A stretch of DNA of 64,000 nucleotides from Amoebidium appalachense. Its lineage: Eukaryota > Protista > Ichthyosporea. The position numbers and the translations under genes are program-made. The stretch is from positions 696,745-760,744 of the forward strand of contig CAVNZM010000001.1 in assembly GCA_963693365.1 (NCBI GenBank). Direction: 5' to 3'. Shown here in pieces: positions 1-13,902 of the stretch. The number at the start of each line of letters is the position of its first letter. Position 1 is the stretch's first letter. A model generated the notes under the pieces. It was not told the DNA's origin. It saw nothing but the letters and a program-made list of their open reading frames with translations, and did not search any database.

Positions 1-589
1 TGGGGGGGGGGGGGGGGGGGGGGGGATGCTGCAGCCAACGTGATGGTGACTTGTTGTGTCAGTGCACTTGGTAGTCACTGAAATCCGACAGAGCATCAGG
101 TCGCCTCAGTTGAGACATTCAAGTTATGTGAGTCACATTGGATAAAGTCGGTGATGTGTTGCACGTGCTCGTTCTTCTCAAGGAGATGCATGTGGTTCCA
201 AGGCTGTCTGTAATTGTACATGCTTGATATTCCTATTTTTTTGTCTCTCTATAAAAACTATATGGTATAAATGATAGTGTTTTATGTGTTTTTGACATGG
301 GACTACTGAGATTGGGTCACCAGGAGAGGTAGCCTTATGGTGGGTGCGGACAGGTGTTGAAAACCGTGGCTAAATCATAGGTGCTTGCTGTACTTTTTTT
401 ATCGCACATGCATTGGTATTTTTGACAACGATATTGCGGACACAGCCTTCAATAATACTCTTCTGCACTCTTGTATCCGAAATTACTCTTGCTAGACCTC
501 ATTCTTCTGCATGGTTGACTCCCAAGTTTACGTTTGCCAGACCTGTCATGTCTACAGATATATCCACTTCTTCTTCTTCTTCTTCTTTT

Positions 590-620
<31 letters not shown>

Positions 621-799
621 GGGGGGAGGAGGAGGGGGAGGGGAGGGGGGGGGGGGGGGGGGGGGGGGACATGGAACACAAGCAAATGAAGATTGCCAAG
701 GGAGACACTGCAGTTGTGGGGAGGAAAAGAAAGATATGCTCATGTGTGGCTGTCATCTCGAAAATGAGCTGCCGGTAACCCTACCCCTTCACTTCCTAG

Positions 800-3598
800 G
801 TCAACTTCACAGACACGACTTTGCGCATCAAGAAATTGCAGCCCTTGCGGACCTTGCACCTGCCGCAGTGCACAATGAACAGCCCGGCCCAGGGCCGCTG
901 GGTGTACACTGCAAACTGCTTTGACACCGCCGCTGCAGAAGCAATTGTAAGTTGTTTTCTCTTCCGCTGGCAAACCATTTAAACATCCAAACAAAAATAC
1001 CTCGGCTTATTCATGCTGCCGTTTGCAATGTTTTTCATGTGATCAGCTATGCCACTCTACTCAATCGCATTTAACGTGTATGGCATCTGTGTCATTATGC
1101 AGCTCTAGTTGATTTCGTCTATCGTATCGAGTTGAAACGAGGTATTTATCTGTAATACCGATTTTCGTTATTTTGCACATCTACACGGTTATAAAATATA
1201 AGCACATGGGCAACCTGGTACATACCTGGCACCTGGTTCATTTGAGTAAAGGTGCAATGTCGTGTTCATCTGTAAACCATCGGTTCTTTTTTTCTGCACA
1301 CATACACAGATATTAGGGCCGGTGTGAAGAGTCAATGCCAAACGTGTGCAAGGATCAATAATGCTGCCCTCTCTACATCAAGCATATGTAAAGCAAAAGT
1401 GTTTAGCACCCCTGAACATGCAAACTTTGTCTAAATGAACACACACAGGCATCGGGGAAATTGAATCCTTTTGATCAAGCCAGTGGGCCGGTCAACTCAA
1501 CATGTCGCCGGGGCCACCCCTGGCATGGCGTTCGAGACATGTACACGTGGGTGCCGTACCACTGCTCTCTACGCTACATAAGCATTGACGATTTTACCAC
1601 CATGGCACTTGCCCGCGGTGAAAGGACCTTCTGGGTTCTGGGTGATTCAAGGTCTTACAATCTGGCTCTACTGCTCAGTGACTTCTTCCGTGGGGCACGA
1701 CCAGATCCCAAAACTGGGATTGTGCCTGACGAGGTGTGTCTCCCTCCTCCCGCCTTCTGCTCCACTTCAGGTTGCCAACTTCCCCTCCTCCGTTTACTGC
1801 TACCTGTCCTCACGAACCAACCAAATACCCTTTCTCCTTTGCCACCACCATAACCCCATCTTGGGAAAGAGTAGCTCAAAGTACATATAGTCTTTGGGCA
1901 GCCAATAGCTTGCAACCTAAGAATCAATTGCCACCTTTGAGGCTAGCCAACAACATTTGACCCACCGTTTGTGGACAGTCACTGATGCGTAACTAATTGA
2001 GATGACATATGTGTTGCATCATAAGAATCTGTTGTGTGGTAGGGTGGCACAGGGTAGAAGCTTCAGTCTGAACACCCTAATTGGGGTGTTTTCTATGGGC
2101 ATAACAAACACTGTGGTCAGACGTTGCATACTGTCGTGCATGCTCAAACACGAGTGCAGAAGGCTGATGCATTTTTTTAACAAAACAGGATCTTGCCATC
2201 TCGGTTCCTCTAGAAGAAAAGGAGTACTGGAATGGAAGCTACGTACGGCACGAGTTATTGGTCGATAACGACGAGGGCCTTAAGCTCATGCTTTCAATGA
2301 CGTACGGTTCACACAACGGCACGAGAACCCTGCCCTGCAACCCAGACACAGGCTCAGATATCGTGAGGCTGAGAGAACACATGGGCTCTCTATTGGACAG
2401 ATTGAACTCTCTGCTTGCTGCGGCCGAGAAAACTCCGGTTGACGTGTTGATTATGCAGGCAAGATTCACCCAAATCACATTACCCTCTCAATCCACCCCT
2501 TACAAATACATCTCTTTTGCGCCTCTAATCCTTCCTCTTTGAGTGGGGCATCCAAGAACACATCGATTACAAATTGGCCTAAGAATGGAGAAAGAAAGCC
2601 GTACCTCTATTTCTCGCGGTGTTCTGGTGGTGCTGGTGTTTGTTGGGTCTCGGTGTGATGCTTCGGTTCGAGTGGTGGTAGTGTCACACATATCTTTGCA
2701 TGATAGTGATGTGGTTGACACTCAGAGATCAGTTTTAAGATGGGCCGATTTTATCAGAAGATGTATTGTGCTATTTAGTATACACGATGATTCTCTGAAC
2801 TGCTACAGACTGTTGGTTTCAAACACATCACTCTCTACTAAAATCTACACCTTACAAGCGCTTGGCTGATCAGTTTACAGCTGATTTATTACAGACTGTT
2901 GCAGACCACATTGCAATTTTCTTGATCTATCACAGGGGCTTGGCTGTGCAGAATACTGTCGCCTTTGCGACATCACACTTTGCACAGCTGTTACTGTCAG
3001 ATCACCCAGAAACATGTCGGCTTTACCAACATGGAGGAAAACTGCAAAAACATCTATCTGCATATAGATCTTTCATCATTTCGTGGCTTTCACGTTCATG
3101 TGTATTGGGAGCATTTTCATGAATGGCATGGTTTCTTGTCTTGTTGCTCTGACAATGAAAAGCTGACCGGGCACACATTCGTGTTACAATGAACAGGATG
3201 GGGGTCTCCATGACATGTGGCCCGGATTTTCGGATGAAGACTATCTGCACAACGTCGACACCATGATTGCGATGCTAAAACAAAAATTCCGTGGCCGGGT
3301 GATTTATTACGTCATGCCAAGCACCGACGGCTTTGGCATGGGGTTCGTAAGCCCATTCACATCCTCACCGAAGTTGTGGAGACGGTCGCGTTTGGGAGCA
3401 GCTCGGTTCCGAGCAGCTGGCTACGAAGTTTGGGATCCTCATATGATGACAGCCACCAGGGGTGACCGCTACTACGATTATCTCCATTTCTATGTGCACC
3501 CACTCAAGAGGCCGAATACCCAAGCAGCCTTCCCTATCACTTTGGGCATGGAGATGGTCCAGGACTTAGCCAATCGCATGTATCCATGGAAGGGCTGA
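800..3598 (+). CDS. Spliced host gene, TBL/PC-esterase (SGNH-like acyltransferase/esterase) family; exons approx. 800-946, 1450-1733, ~2150-2455, 3197-3598 (5' end and some exon limits uncertain)
   Basis: Motifs in the expected order: C...GRWV...C (800-946), WVPYHCSL and WVLGDSRS (ORF 1461-1853), DYLHF (DxxH) near the C-terminus (ORF 3215-3598). GT..AG boundaries such as gaagcaatt|gtaag, cacacag|, gacgag|gtgtgt, gaacag|gatgg. Confidence 0.7.
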
Positions 3599-4123
3599 TC
3601 CCCCCCCCCCCCCTTCTCCCTCCTTCATTCCCCCAGCCCATCCCAACCCCACTCTCTTGCATCTCAGGCTGTCATCTTGATGCTAAGAAACACAAGAAGA
3701 AGGCACCTATTGCTCCCAGCTTGTTGCACTGATGTTAACTTTTTCGTTTTTTTCTTTTTTGTTTCTCTTTTTTCTTTTTTGTTTCTCTCATGTGTTTGGT
3801 TCATTTACTTTTTAAATTTTACGCTGATCAAGTGAAAACACAATTGCAGTGGTACACCCGTCGGCTCACAACCTGGCATACACATATGCTCACCTAAATG
3901 ATTTGAATACACGTGCACTTGTGCACGTGTGCACAAAAACCATATTTATATATATATATGTATATACATGCACACACGCACCATATACACTCACACACAA
4001 AGACGCCATCACGTTTGCCACGTGCACGTATGTCCATGCCTGGGCAAGCACGCATACACACAAAACCAGGCAAGCACACACATGTATGTAAGCCTACATA
4101 TACACACACACATACACACTATC

Positions 4124-4400
4124 ACAATACACGATTAAAGCCGATACAACACGATTACAAGTATACAAGCATATCGGAGATCGATGCTACACTTTACATA
4201 ATAGGAGTGTGGCATTTACACTAAGCATATGAACTGAAACATAACACAAACTGAGAAGATCTTACCATATGTAAATGCTACGTATTACAACATCCCCACT
4301 TAAGACTTTGAAGTTTGTGTTATCATATCCCCACTGAACTAGTGAAATCTCCCCACTTGAGAACAGAAACGAAAAAAAAAAATTTAAAGTGTGTACTTTT

Positions 4401-4484
<84 letters not shown>

Positions 4485-4488
4485 GGAG
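4124..4488 (-). mobile_element. Copia-A 3' end fragment: poly-C tract, 3' UTR, PPT and first ~169 bp of LTR-A (4292->4124)
   Basis: Reverse complement matches the 3' UTR/PPT/LTR start of the Copia-A copy at 47.7-47.97 kb (aagtgggga|TGTTGTAATACG). Confidence 0.9.
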
Positions 4489-5098
4489 TGTTGTATAATA
4501 TGATCGTGTGTCTGTGACAAACAATATGTTTATAAATGAACGGGGTTGACTAGACCACGCTTTGCTTAGTTACGTGCTAGTCCTACTTACACCTAGTAAG
4601 CCGAGCACACTGAGTAAGCTCTGAAGCCCCCGACATGCCCTTATATCGGAGCTCGCTCAGCGGCTCAGACATGCGCATCGGTATGTGCTTTTGGCTACGA
4701 GAGCCAATCACATACGGTTCACGGTTCTGTCCCATGGCTATCACGGTTCCAATAAACTTTGTGAGCCAATCGGGTGACAGTACTTGACTATCGATGCATT
4801 CCACAGTCATACCTCACGGCTACTTGCATATTTTCCCATGATAAAACTATAACTTAACGCTCATGGTTCCTCTACTACGTGTCGGTCCCATGTGACTATT
4901 ATATCTGTTTTCCCATGAATAATTCTGCAAGCTGCACGTGCACATATGTTTAACTTCATGCTCATGCGCACAAGACTGGGGGGAGACATGCATACTGGCC
5001 TACCTAAGATCAAACACAGTGGTATATATACATGTACACGTGTGCGTATATCTCAACCTGTGTACATCCATACTAGATATCCGGTATAATATACCACA
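4489..5098 (-). mobile_element. 3' LTR of the Ty3/Gypsy element (610 bp)
   Basis: Minus strand reads PPT-like GGTGGGGCG then TGTGGTATATTAT...ATATTATACAACA (imperfect terminal inverted repeats), directly downstream of the pol stop. No second copy in the window. Confidence 0.7.
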
Positions 5099-5138
5099 CG
5101 CCCCACCGTAAAAAGAAGTATGTCGTCCTCGACATACG

Positions 5139-8100
5139 TCACCATGCTCCACACAATGAGTCAATGTATCCGTGGAACGATGCAAGGTCACCTCTGCGTT
5201 GGTGGAACTCTCGGATCTTGTCCGGGCAGGCTAAGTCTTTCTCACACTCCCAAGAGGTGAATGACTCATCTTTGCCTGCCCACTTGATCTGGTACCACTT
5301 GTAAGGGGTGGATTGCTTGCGCCGTTTCTGAATTCTTACGTCAAGCACCTTTTCCACCACCCACTCGTCCGGCAGAACCTTGTTGAAATTGTGACTATCG
5401 CCCGTGTCCGGGAGGTGAGAGAGATCTTGAGGCCGAATCTTATTTTGCTCACTCAATTCAAGCTGAATATCGTCCACGTGCCACTTAGATTTCTTCATAG
5501 TTGCTAAGCTTCGGATCTCGTACGTGACCGGGCCGACCCTTTTGACGATTTCGTAACCCGTAATCCACCGTACATCCCAGGCACCGATATTTTTGGCTTG
5601 ATTCCGAACACGAATCCGTGCACCCTTCTTAAATTCACGAGCCACCGAGGGGCCTGGGGGCTCTCGTACGGCACGTTGCTGGACCACAGCACGGAGCAGA
5701 GGCAGACGGGCTAGTAACTCTCGCCGGTATGCCTTCCACTCTGGGTCCTTGAGTGCCGGGTGGTTACTGCTAAGAAGGGCAACGTCAGGGAATTGTGTTG
5801 CTTCTTGCCCGTACACAAGATAACACGGTGTACATAGCAAAATTTTGTGTGTTGTTGTGTTGTATGCATGTGTAACCACCGGCAACAGAGTGTCCCAATT
5901 AGTGTGCTCATAATTAACGTACTTTGAGAGTGCATTATTAATAAATCTATGAGACCTTTCATTGGAACCGTTGCTTTGTGGGTGATATGCAGAGGTGCTC
6001 ACTTGTGCAATATTTGCTATACGGCATACCTCAACAATTAGCTCATTGAGAAATTCTGATCCTTGATCACTCAAGAGTGTACGAGGGGGGCCGTGTATAT
6101 AGCAAATTTCATTCATGAGTGCATGTGCAACATTAACGGCATGCTTAGATTGGATGGGCACAGTGATTAAATACTTCGTTGCCATATCCATAAACACACA
6201 AATGAAAGTATTACCATTGTTCGTTTCTGTGAACGGACCCATAAGGTCAACAGAAACACGAGAGAACATTTTTAAATTTTCGTATCTCTGTTCAAATGGC
6301 CTACTTCTCAAGTGTGGGTTATCGTTACGGCCTTGGCACTGTGTGCAGGCATTCACATAAGCAGTGATATCTTTGTGCATGCGTGGCCAATAGTAATTGT
6401 ATAATCTTTCGTAAGTTCGTTCAATGCCAGTATGAGCCCCCCCGTCGTGCACACTTCTTAATAAATCAGCACGAAGGATTTCGGGCACATATAGGCAACG
6501 ACGACCATCCTTAGCCACATGATAAAGCACGTCATCCTCTATCACACACATTTGTGCTATTTTCTTAACCTTTTTGTATCCGAAATGCTCAAGATTAAGA
6601 CCGTGTGCAGCTCGTTCCCCCCCTGCCTGCCATTCCCGTTTGGCCTCGGCATCGAGGGAGGCAAGCCACCGGAGCCACGTGATTATATCCTTACACATTT
6701 TGTCCCCCCCTGTGCCATCATAATTGCTTCCTTCTGATAGCCGGCACCACCGAGTGCAGAAAGGGAGGACAGGCCGGCTTGACTGAGTGCAGAAATTTGT
6801 GCACATTTCAAGCGGTCTGGGTCGAAAATGTGTGTGAATTCGAGTGCATCACCCCAATCAACAAACACTTCGGCTGGTTTCGAGCTAAGCTCGGATAAAT
6901 CTGCTGTGAGAACCTCTTGTAATTCCTTTTTCACATCCCACCTTTCCAGTGGTATGCTTTCGTTCTCATGCAGAATATATCCTATACGACTTAACCCATC
7001 AGCATCGTGCATGGTAGGGCCAGGACGGTAGTATAGATCGAAATCATACTCCTGCATTTCCAAAGCCCACCGTTGCATTCGTTCGTTTGCTATCCGTTTG
7101 ACACCTTTAAGAGAAAGACAGGGCTTATGGTCACTTTCCACAATAGTATTCACTCGACCATACACGTACACCCTAAACTCTTTCAGTGCCCAATAGATTG
7201 CATGCGTTTCTCGTTCGATGTTGCTCCACCTACGTTCGGTAGGTTGAAACATCCGGAGGCATATGCCACCGTGCGGAACTTGCCATCTTGTTGTTTTTGA
7301 TACAGGCAAGCCCCTTCCGAGAACCGACTAGCATCACAACGAATAAGAAACTGACCCCCCGTGGGGGAAAGATCGGGCAGGGCAAGTACTTCCTCCGATA
7401 ACGCCGATTTTAAATCTTTAAACGAGCGATCTAATTCGTCCGTCCATTTTAACCGTCGGTGTTTTTCTCCGTAACACTCGGCATGCATGGGCCGGGCTCG
7501 CTCTGCATAATTTAAAATGTGACGGCGGAGATACGAAGTAATACCCAGAAAACCCCGGAGTTGGTGTAGTGTGTTTGGTACCGGCCAATCTTTCACTGCC
7601 TGAACCTTTTTCGGGTCGGGCCGAATGCCATTCACACCTACAATCCAACCCAAAAACGGTATTTCCGTGAGCCCAATGTATGTCTTTGCCCCATCGAGCT
7701 TAACTCCATATTCACCGAGACGGGTGAAAAGTCGGTCAAGCTTCTGTATTAATTCTTTTTCGGTGTGTGCACCCACAGCTAAATCATCGGCATATACCAC
7801 CACGTCATCGGCCAGAGGGGCCAAAATCTGTGTCATGATAGATGCTAGCTGGGACGGGGAAGTACTTAGCCCCTGTGGTGCCACACAATAACGATACTGC
7901 ACACCAGCCACAGAAAATACTGTTTTTTCACGTGACTCAGCGTCTAGCAGCATTTGGTAAAAGGCACCCGACATATCAGCTTTACAGAAATACTTATACC
8001 CAGCCAACTTCTCTATTTGTTGTTGCAAGTTGGGGTGGCCAGGCAGATTTTCGAATTTGCTTGTTAAGAGCACGAAAATCAGTCAGGAGACGGTATTTTC

Positions 8101-9312
8101 CGTTTGGTTTTCGTATTACGAAGGTGGGTGAATTATACTGACTGTGTGCTTGTTCCATCTGCCCTCTACGACACATATCCTCCACGATCTCCTTTGCAGC
8201 CTGCTCTTTCACTTGTTCCAACCTCCACTGTTTTAATCGAATCGGTGGGTTATCTCCCGTGTCTATGTGCATGGTGAATCCTTTAATCTGAGGAAATTCG
8301 TCGGGGTCCGTAGTGATGAAGCAACGAGAGTGTGCTTCTAATAGTTTCTTGACATCCGGAAGCATACTCTGAGGCACCCTATTCCAATCAAAACCGTGGG
8401 GAGCCTGGCCGGCATCGTGTGCACCCCCACCCGAAATTTCCGAAATGTTTCGCGGGGGGGGGGGGGGGGGGGGGGTTTCATGATCAACGGCACACATTGA
8501 TTGGTCGATCGGTGAGTGTATCGGACCGCCTCGTGTCCCACTCACATGCCCTTCGTGCCCACACATGTTATCAGTAGGCACCCGGCCCGGTGGCACGGCC
8601 GGAGGTGAATTGGGTAGGCAACCTTCTCCACCCCCCGTTGCCCACCTGATGCACTGCGCTATTGCACCAACGACGGTTTGTGTACGACTGGGGTGGGGTT
8701 CGGCTTGCAAAACACTCAGTTCGTGTATGTACTCATGTCGGCTCATAGGAACGAAATGACCTATGGTACCGAACACGTTCAAATCCGGACCCACACCATT
8801 TTCGCACACAACAGCAATAGATTTATCCACACTAATTTCACAGATGGTGGGGGGGAACTTATCTCGAAATTCACGAGTAGGCTCGAAGATACCGAGGGTG
8901 CCAGCAGCAGCAGCAGCAGCAGTCACCTGCACCGTTGCACGTAATACACATCCAAAGCCAGATTTGACGGTGGTGTCGTGCTTGACGGTAACAGGACACA
9001 TTGTGTAGGGGGTGTGCAAAGATGACGTCGGCACCACCATCCCCGACACCAGTGTTAGTGAGTGTGCTTGATGATTAGTGGTGGCAATGTGTTTGTTGGC
9101 AAAATCGTTCCCAATAATCATGTCATGCTTAATATTTTTAATCACTAAGCAAGGCCACATGAATGTTTGAGAACTGAGGCATAACGGGAGCATCACTTCA
9201 CCACTCACAGCTAGAGCTTTATCGTTTTTCCTTACAGAAGTAACAATCACATCCGAGGGTTGCAAAGCAAACTCCTACATGTGTCGTGAAAAAACAGCAT
9301 CACTAACCACCG
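5139..9312 (-). pseudogene. pol: Ty3/Gypsy (chromovirus) pol: PR remnant-RT-RNaseH-integrase-chromodomain, frameshifted, 5'-truncated by LTR-A
   Basis: ORFs 7994-9265, 7183-8073, 6683-7309, 5139-6806: SPTFVIRKPNGKYRLLTDFRALN, YADD, CDAS, HHCC (HDGGAH..CTQC), DLMGP/SDQGSEF/NGSNER, chromodomain WVVEKVLD..YQIKWAG..SWE. Confidence 0.95.
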
Positions 9313-10237
9313 TGTTAAATTATATAAGTATTTGGGATGTAAGCAGAGACACAGTGGTGCAGTGTGAAAACACCACAGACACACACAACAACAAAACACG
9401 GAACGATCGGAGCAGTGTACACAACAGACATCAATGTTTAGACACGACTGAACTGAATTTATTCTGATCTTCGAATAAATACCTGAAATTCCTCTAAGTC
9501 CAATCCATACATGATTTCCGACCAGTCGGAAATCAGATCCATCTCTAATAGAAACCAATCACTAAGAACCAATTGCTTTCAGAGAGATCCGGTACGCGGA
9601 GACGTACACGATAGGACACAGACACTAGTTAAGATCAACTCGTGTCATCATCAAGGAAGTTCTAACCTATGACATACTGCAAAGACTCAGACATATCACA
9701 CTTAACCTTGATGATTGGTTAAAGCCCGGCAACACATGAAAACTAAAGTGAATTAATGAAGTCTAAACACACATGCTATTCTAAGTGTAGCCTAAGTGTG
9801 TTACCGTCCAAAGAACACGTATTAAGTAACACAAATCTACCTAACATATATTAGTAGAAAAGAACTACGATTATACACATGAAGACAAGGAGAGAAAGAA
9901 AAGAAAATAAGGAAGGAGAAAGAGGAAGGAAAAGAGAGCACAGATCAACAAACAAGATAGTAATAGCATAACTATAACCAGAGATATTTATGTACACACG
10001 AACATGTACACGTCTCTCCCTGAGTGGGTGGATCCGTGTACACACATATAAATATTCTAATCGATATTACAACACACGATTAAAGCCGATACAACACGAT
10101 TACAAGTATACAAGCATATCGGAGATCGATGCTACACTTTACATGATAGGAGTGTGGCATATACACTAAGCATATGAACTGAAACATAACACAAACTGAG
10201 AAGATCTTACCATATGTAAATACTACGTATTACAACA
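9313..10237 (-). mobile_element. Complete Copia-A LTR (925 bp); its CA end is joined to Gypsy internal sequence
   Basis: TGTTGTAATACG...TATAATTTAACA on the minus strand; near-identical to LTRs at 28044, 32267 and 42265. Confidence 0.95.
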
Positions 10238-10389
10238 CCGATACAACACGATTACAAGTATACAAGCATATCGGAGATCGATGCTACACTTTACATAATA
10301 GGAGTGTGGCATTTACACTAAGCATATGAACTGAAACATAACACAAACTGAGAAGATCTTACCATATGTAGATACTACGTATTACAACA
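10238..10389 (-). mobile_element. First 152 bp of LTR-A in tandem with the full LTR
   Basis: Direct repeat of 10086-10237, starting at the precise TG terminus. Confidence 0.9.
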
Positions 10390-10956
10390 CTCCGGCTCTG
10401 AGTTCACCTCCAAGGCTACCCGTGCTTTTTGCCTCTCCCAGGGCATCAAGGCCAGCTATGCTCCGGTGGACTGCCCTCAACTGAACGGCTACGTTGAACG
10501 TCGTATGCGGTTCCTACAAGAGATTGTTCGTTGCCTCCTCCATCAAGTCCAAGATCAGTCTCTGTCCCCCAAACTGTGGGCTGAGGCCCTCCAACATGCC
10601 GCCTACATCATCAACGTCACCCCGTCCACGACTGCCAGTGGTCGTACACCATTCGAGGTTTTCTACGGTGTCAAGCCCGACATCTCCGAGCTCAAAGTGT
10701 TCGGTTGCCCTGCCTACACTCATGTGCCAGCCTCTAAACGGAACAAGCTGCCCCCCACCGTCAAACTCGGCATGTATATCGGCTATGATCTTCAATCACA
10801 CTGCCACCGGATCTTCAACCCCACCACCCATCGTGTCGGCCTCTTCCGTGATGTGATTTTCGACGAATCAGCTTATCTCCCGTCCGACCTTCCATCAACA
10901 CTTCCGACCCCCGACACCACTGCTACCTCGACCACCCCACCCCCCACAGTTGACAC
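10390..10956 (+). pseudogene. Copia-A integrase core fragment
   Basis: Near-identical to 18701-19271 (SGSEF..NGYVER..LWAEA..KVFGC..RDVIFDE). Confidence 0.95.
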
Positions 10957-13167
10957 TCCACATAGTTGCCAGTGAGGATGATGTCACCGTTGGGGAAGGT
11001 CTTGATGTATACACATGGATCTGAACGGAGACGTTCGAGACCGTGAGCAAGGAGGACCTTGTCGAAGTACTCATACCAGGCCAGTGATGCTTGCTTGAGG
11101 CCGTAGAGTGCCTTCTTAAGTTTCCAGACCTTGACAATGTGCTCGTTGCCGGGGGTGATGAAGCCAGGTGGTGGCTCAATGTAGATGTCTTCTTGAAGAG
11201 GACTGTTGAGGAAGGCTGTGGAGACGTCGAGTTGATGAATCTCATGGTTGCCGTCCACACCGATGGCAAGGAGGGCACGGACGGAGGAGGACATCACTAC
11301 GGGGGAAGAGGTGTCACCGTAGTCAACACCGTAGACTTGAGTGAAGCCCTTTGCAACACCACGAGCCTTGATCTTGGTGTCACCGGCTGAGTTGAGGACT
11401 TTCTCAGTCACAATCCACTTGAACTTGATGATGTTGGCATCAGGGGGGGGATCAACGATGGTGAAGACATCCTTGGTGATGAAGGCTTGGTACTCGGAGG
11501 TTAGGGCAGCTATGACGGCATCACCGTTGGGACCGTTGCAAAGCTTTTGAATGCCCTTGGGGAGTTGGTCAATGTGGATGGTCGGTGCTGTGATGCTGAC
11601 CAGTGCCGTTGGAGGCTTGGTGAGAAGTGTAGACCGACGAAGGTTGGGCTTGGGGGGGGTCCTTGAGGGGGGTGGTGGCCGGGGAGGTGGTGGAGGCCGG
11701 GACAGGGGCATGGAAGCCAGGAATAGGACCGGTGGTGAGGGGGGCATCGGTGTCCACAGGGCTGCTCGAGGCCGAGTGGAAGGTGGGGGACCCAGGACGA
11801 ACCGGAGTCATGTAGCCGGGATGATGCACAGCAACGGGGGGGCCGGCAGCAAGGGTTGTTGGCCAGTGGGGGGGGGGGCTCGGGGGAGGCACGGGTTCAA
11901 CCGGGGCTGGTTGGTTGTGCCAGGACGGTTGGGAGATGACCACAGACGGAGTTTCATCGTCGTCGTCGGAGGGGGGGTCCAATGTCGGCAGATCGGGTTT
12001 GGGGGGAACGGAGACCTGATTGGTGCTGCCCGTGAATTTCGACTCGTCGAAGATCACATCACGGCAGATCTTGATTTGGTTGCTGGCAAGGTCGAGGATC
12101 TTGTGTGCCTTGGAGGGTAGGTCCCAACCGACGTAGGTGCCGACTCTGACGGTTGATGCCAGCTTGTTCCTCTTTGACCGGGGAACATGCACATAGGCAG
12201 GGGAGCCGAACACGTGGAGACTTCGGGTTTGAAGCCGTGGAAGGCCTCGAAGGGAGTGTTGCCGTTGGCAGCAGATGACGGTGTGACGTTGATGATGTAG
12301 CCAGCATGTTTGAGAGCAGCAACCCACAACTTGGGAGAGAGAGGTTGGTCCTTGTCGGAATGGAGGAAGCAACGGACTGTCTCTTGCAGTTCTCTCATCT
12401 TCCGTTCAACAACACCGTTGTGCTGTGGTGTGTCGACGGGGGCAAACTCCATGATGATGCCTTTCTGCTTGCAGTAGGCCTCGGTGTCTCTGGAGGTGAA
12501 CTCAGAGCCGGAGTCAAACCGAAGATGGGTGACGATCTCAGGTGTCTGACGTTCGATGGTTTCAACGAGAGACTGAATGTAGCTGAGGGTTTCACCACGG
12601 TTGTAGAGGGGGAACACGGTGGTGTAACCGGTGGCATCACAAACACACACCAGAGCAACCTTGTAGCCTCCGTAGGAAGCACAGGGAGCTTCGAAGAAGT
12701 CCAGATGCCACTTAGCACCGGGAATGGTGAACTTGGAACGGGTGCCGGGAAAAGGAGCCTTGGTGGTCTTGCCAGACATGCAGCCGAAGCAGTCACTGTT
12801 GTCAGGTGAGGGGGCATGCCGATGACAAGCTCATCCTTGGCCATCCTGGTGACGGTGGAGAGGGCACGGTGGCCGAGACGGTTGTGCCAAATGGTGAGGT
12901 CGGCGGTTGGTTGAGTCCTTGCTGTGTAGGCTTGGACCCACGGGTGTTTAGGAGTCTCAATCACATAGTCAGTGATGTAGTAGAGACCGTCGAGGGGGGT
13001 GAGATCTGAAATGATGTCACCAATGATTACGGCTGTAGAGGAACGACGGGTGGTTGTCTGTACCATCACAATGACCCAGGAGGCCGGCAGTTGAAGCCAT
13101 GGAGGTAGACACGAGGAAAGACGGTGACTCGGGTACATAGTAAGCATTGATGCTGCACGGGGTTGGG

Positions 13168-13902
13168 TGTTATTTTGTGTGGGAAAACGGAGAAGCAGAG
13201 AGCACAGATAGGTGTTATGATATACACAACACAGAGACACACGGGAAAAACACAACCGGAGAGGAGGAACGATTTCTGGAAGCATAGGAAATGAATACGA
13301 CTGCTTTCGATTTATTCCAAGATGAAGTCCTTTTTATACTTGGGAATGTGAAAACGATAAACCAATCAAAAGAACGAAAACTCTATTTTCCAATCAGAAA
13401 GACGAAAACTATGAGTGTAAAATATATTGATTAAAATGTCTGTCGACACATAGAATATAAAACTCAATCCTCTAATGAAAGAAACTTCTAATAAAAGCAC
13501 GGAAACATTTAACAAAATGAAACCACTTATGTAACTATTAATTCATAACATACATTTATACATGTTCTTATCATAACACATATATTTAATTATTCCTAAT
13601 AGTTGGAGAACATAGCACAATGCTACGTCGTGGGAAAGGAATGAGAAAGGAATGTAAGTTACTATATTTGGGAAAATACAAACGAGATATGATTGGATGA
13701 CATATATAGATTTTGACACAAACGACAATACGTGTGCGCGAGCTAAGTATGTCGATACGTACACAGATCTAAGATGTCGTGTACACGGAAACAGAAAAGA
13801 AAGAAAGAAATGAAGAAAGGAAAAGGAAACAAACTACAACAACTAATAAATAAATACAAAACTCAACTTCTAAGTCTTGCTGAGAATGAAGTGAAGATGA
13901 CA
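13168..13902 (-). mobile_element. Solo LTR-B (735 bp) with 5-bp TSD, inside Copia-B protease region
   Basis: TGTCATCTTC...AAAATAACA; TTGGG on both sides (13163-13167, 13903-13907); removing it restores HYNGHP-TPCSINAYYVP. Confidence 0.93.

Noticed and set aside
413-778. Poly-Gly/Pro/Lys ORFs (also at 4315-4520 and 31968-32244)
   Set aside because: Produced by homopolymer G/C/T runs whose lengths are probably unreliable.
9308-10394. CGGAG/CGGTG as a TSD around the LTR-A pair
   Set aside because: One mismatch, and the two flanks belong to different elements (Copia IN vs Gypsy).
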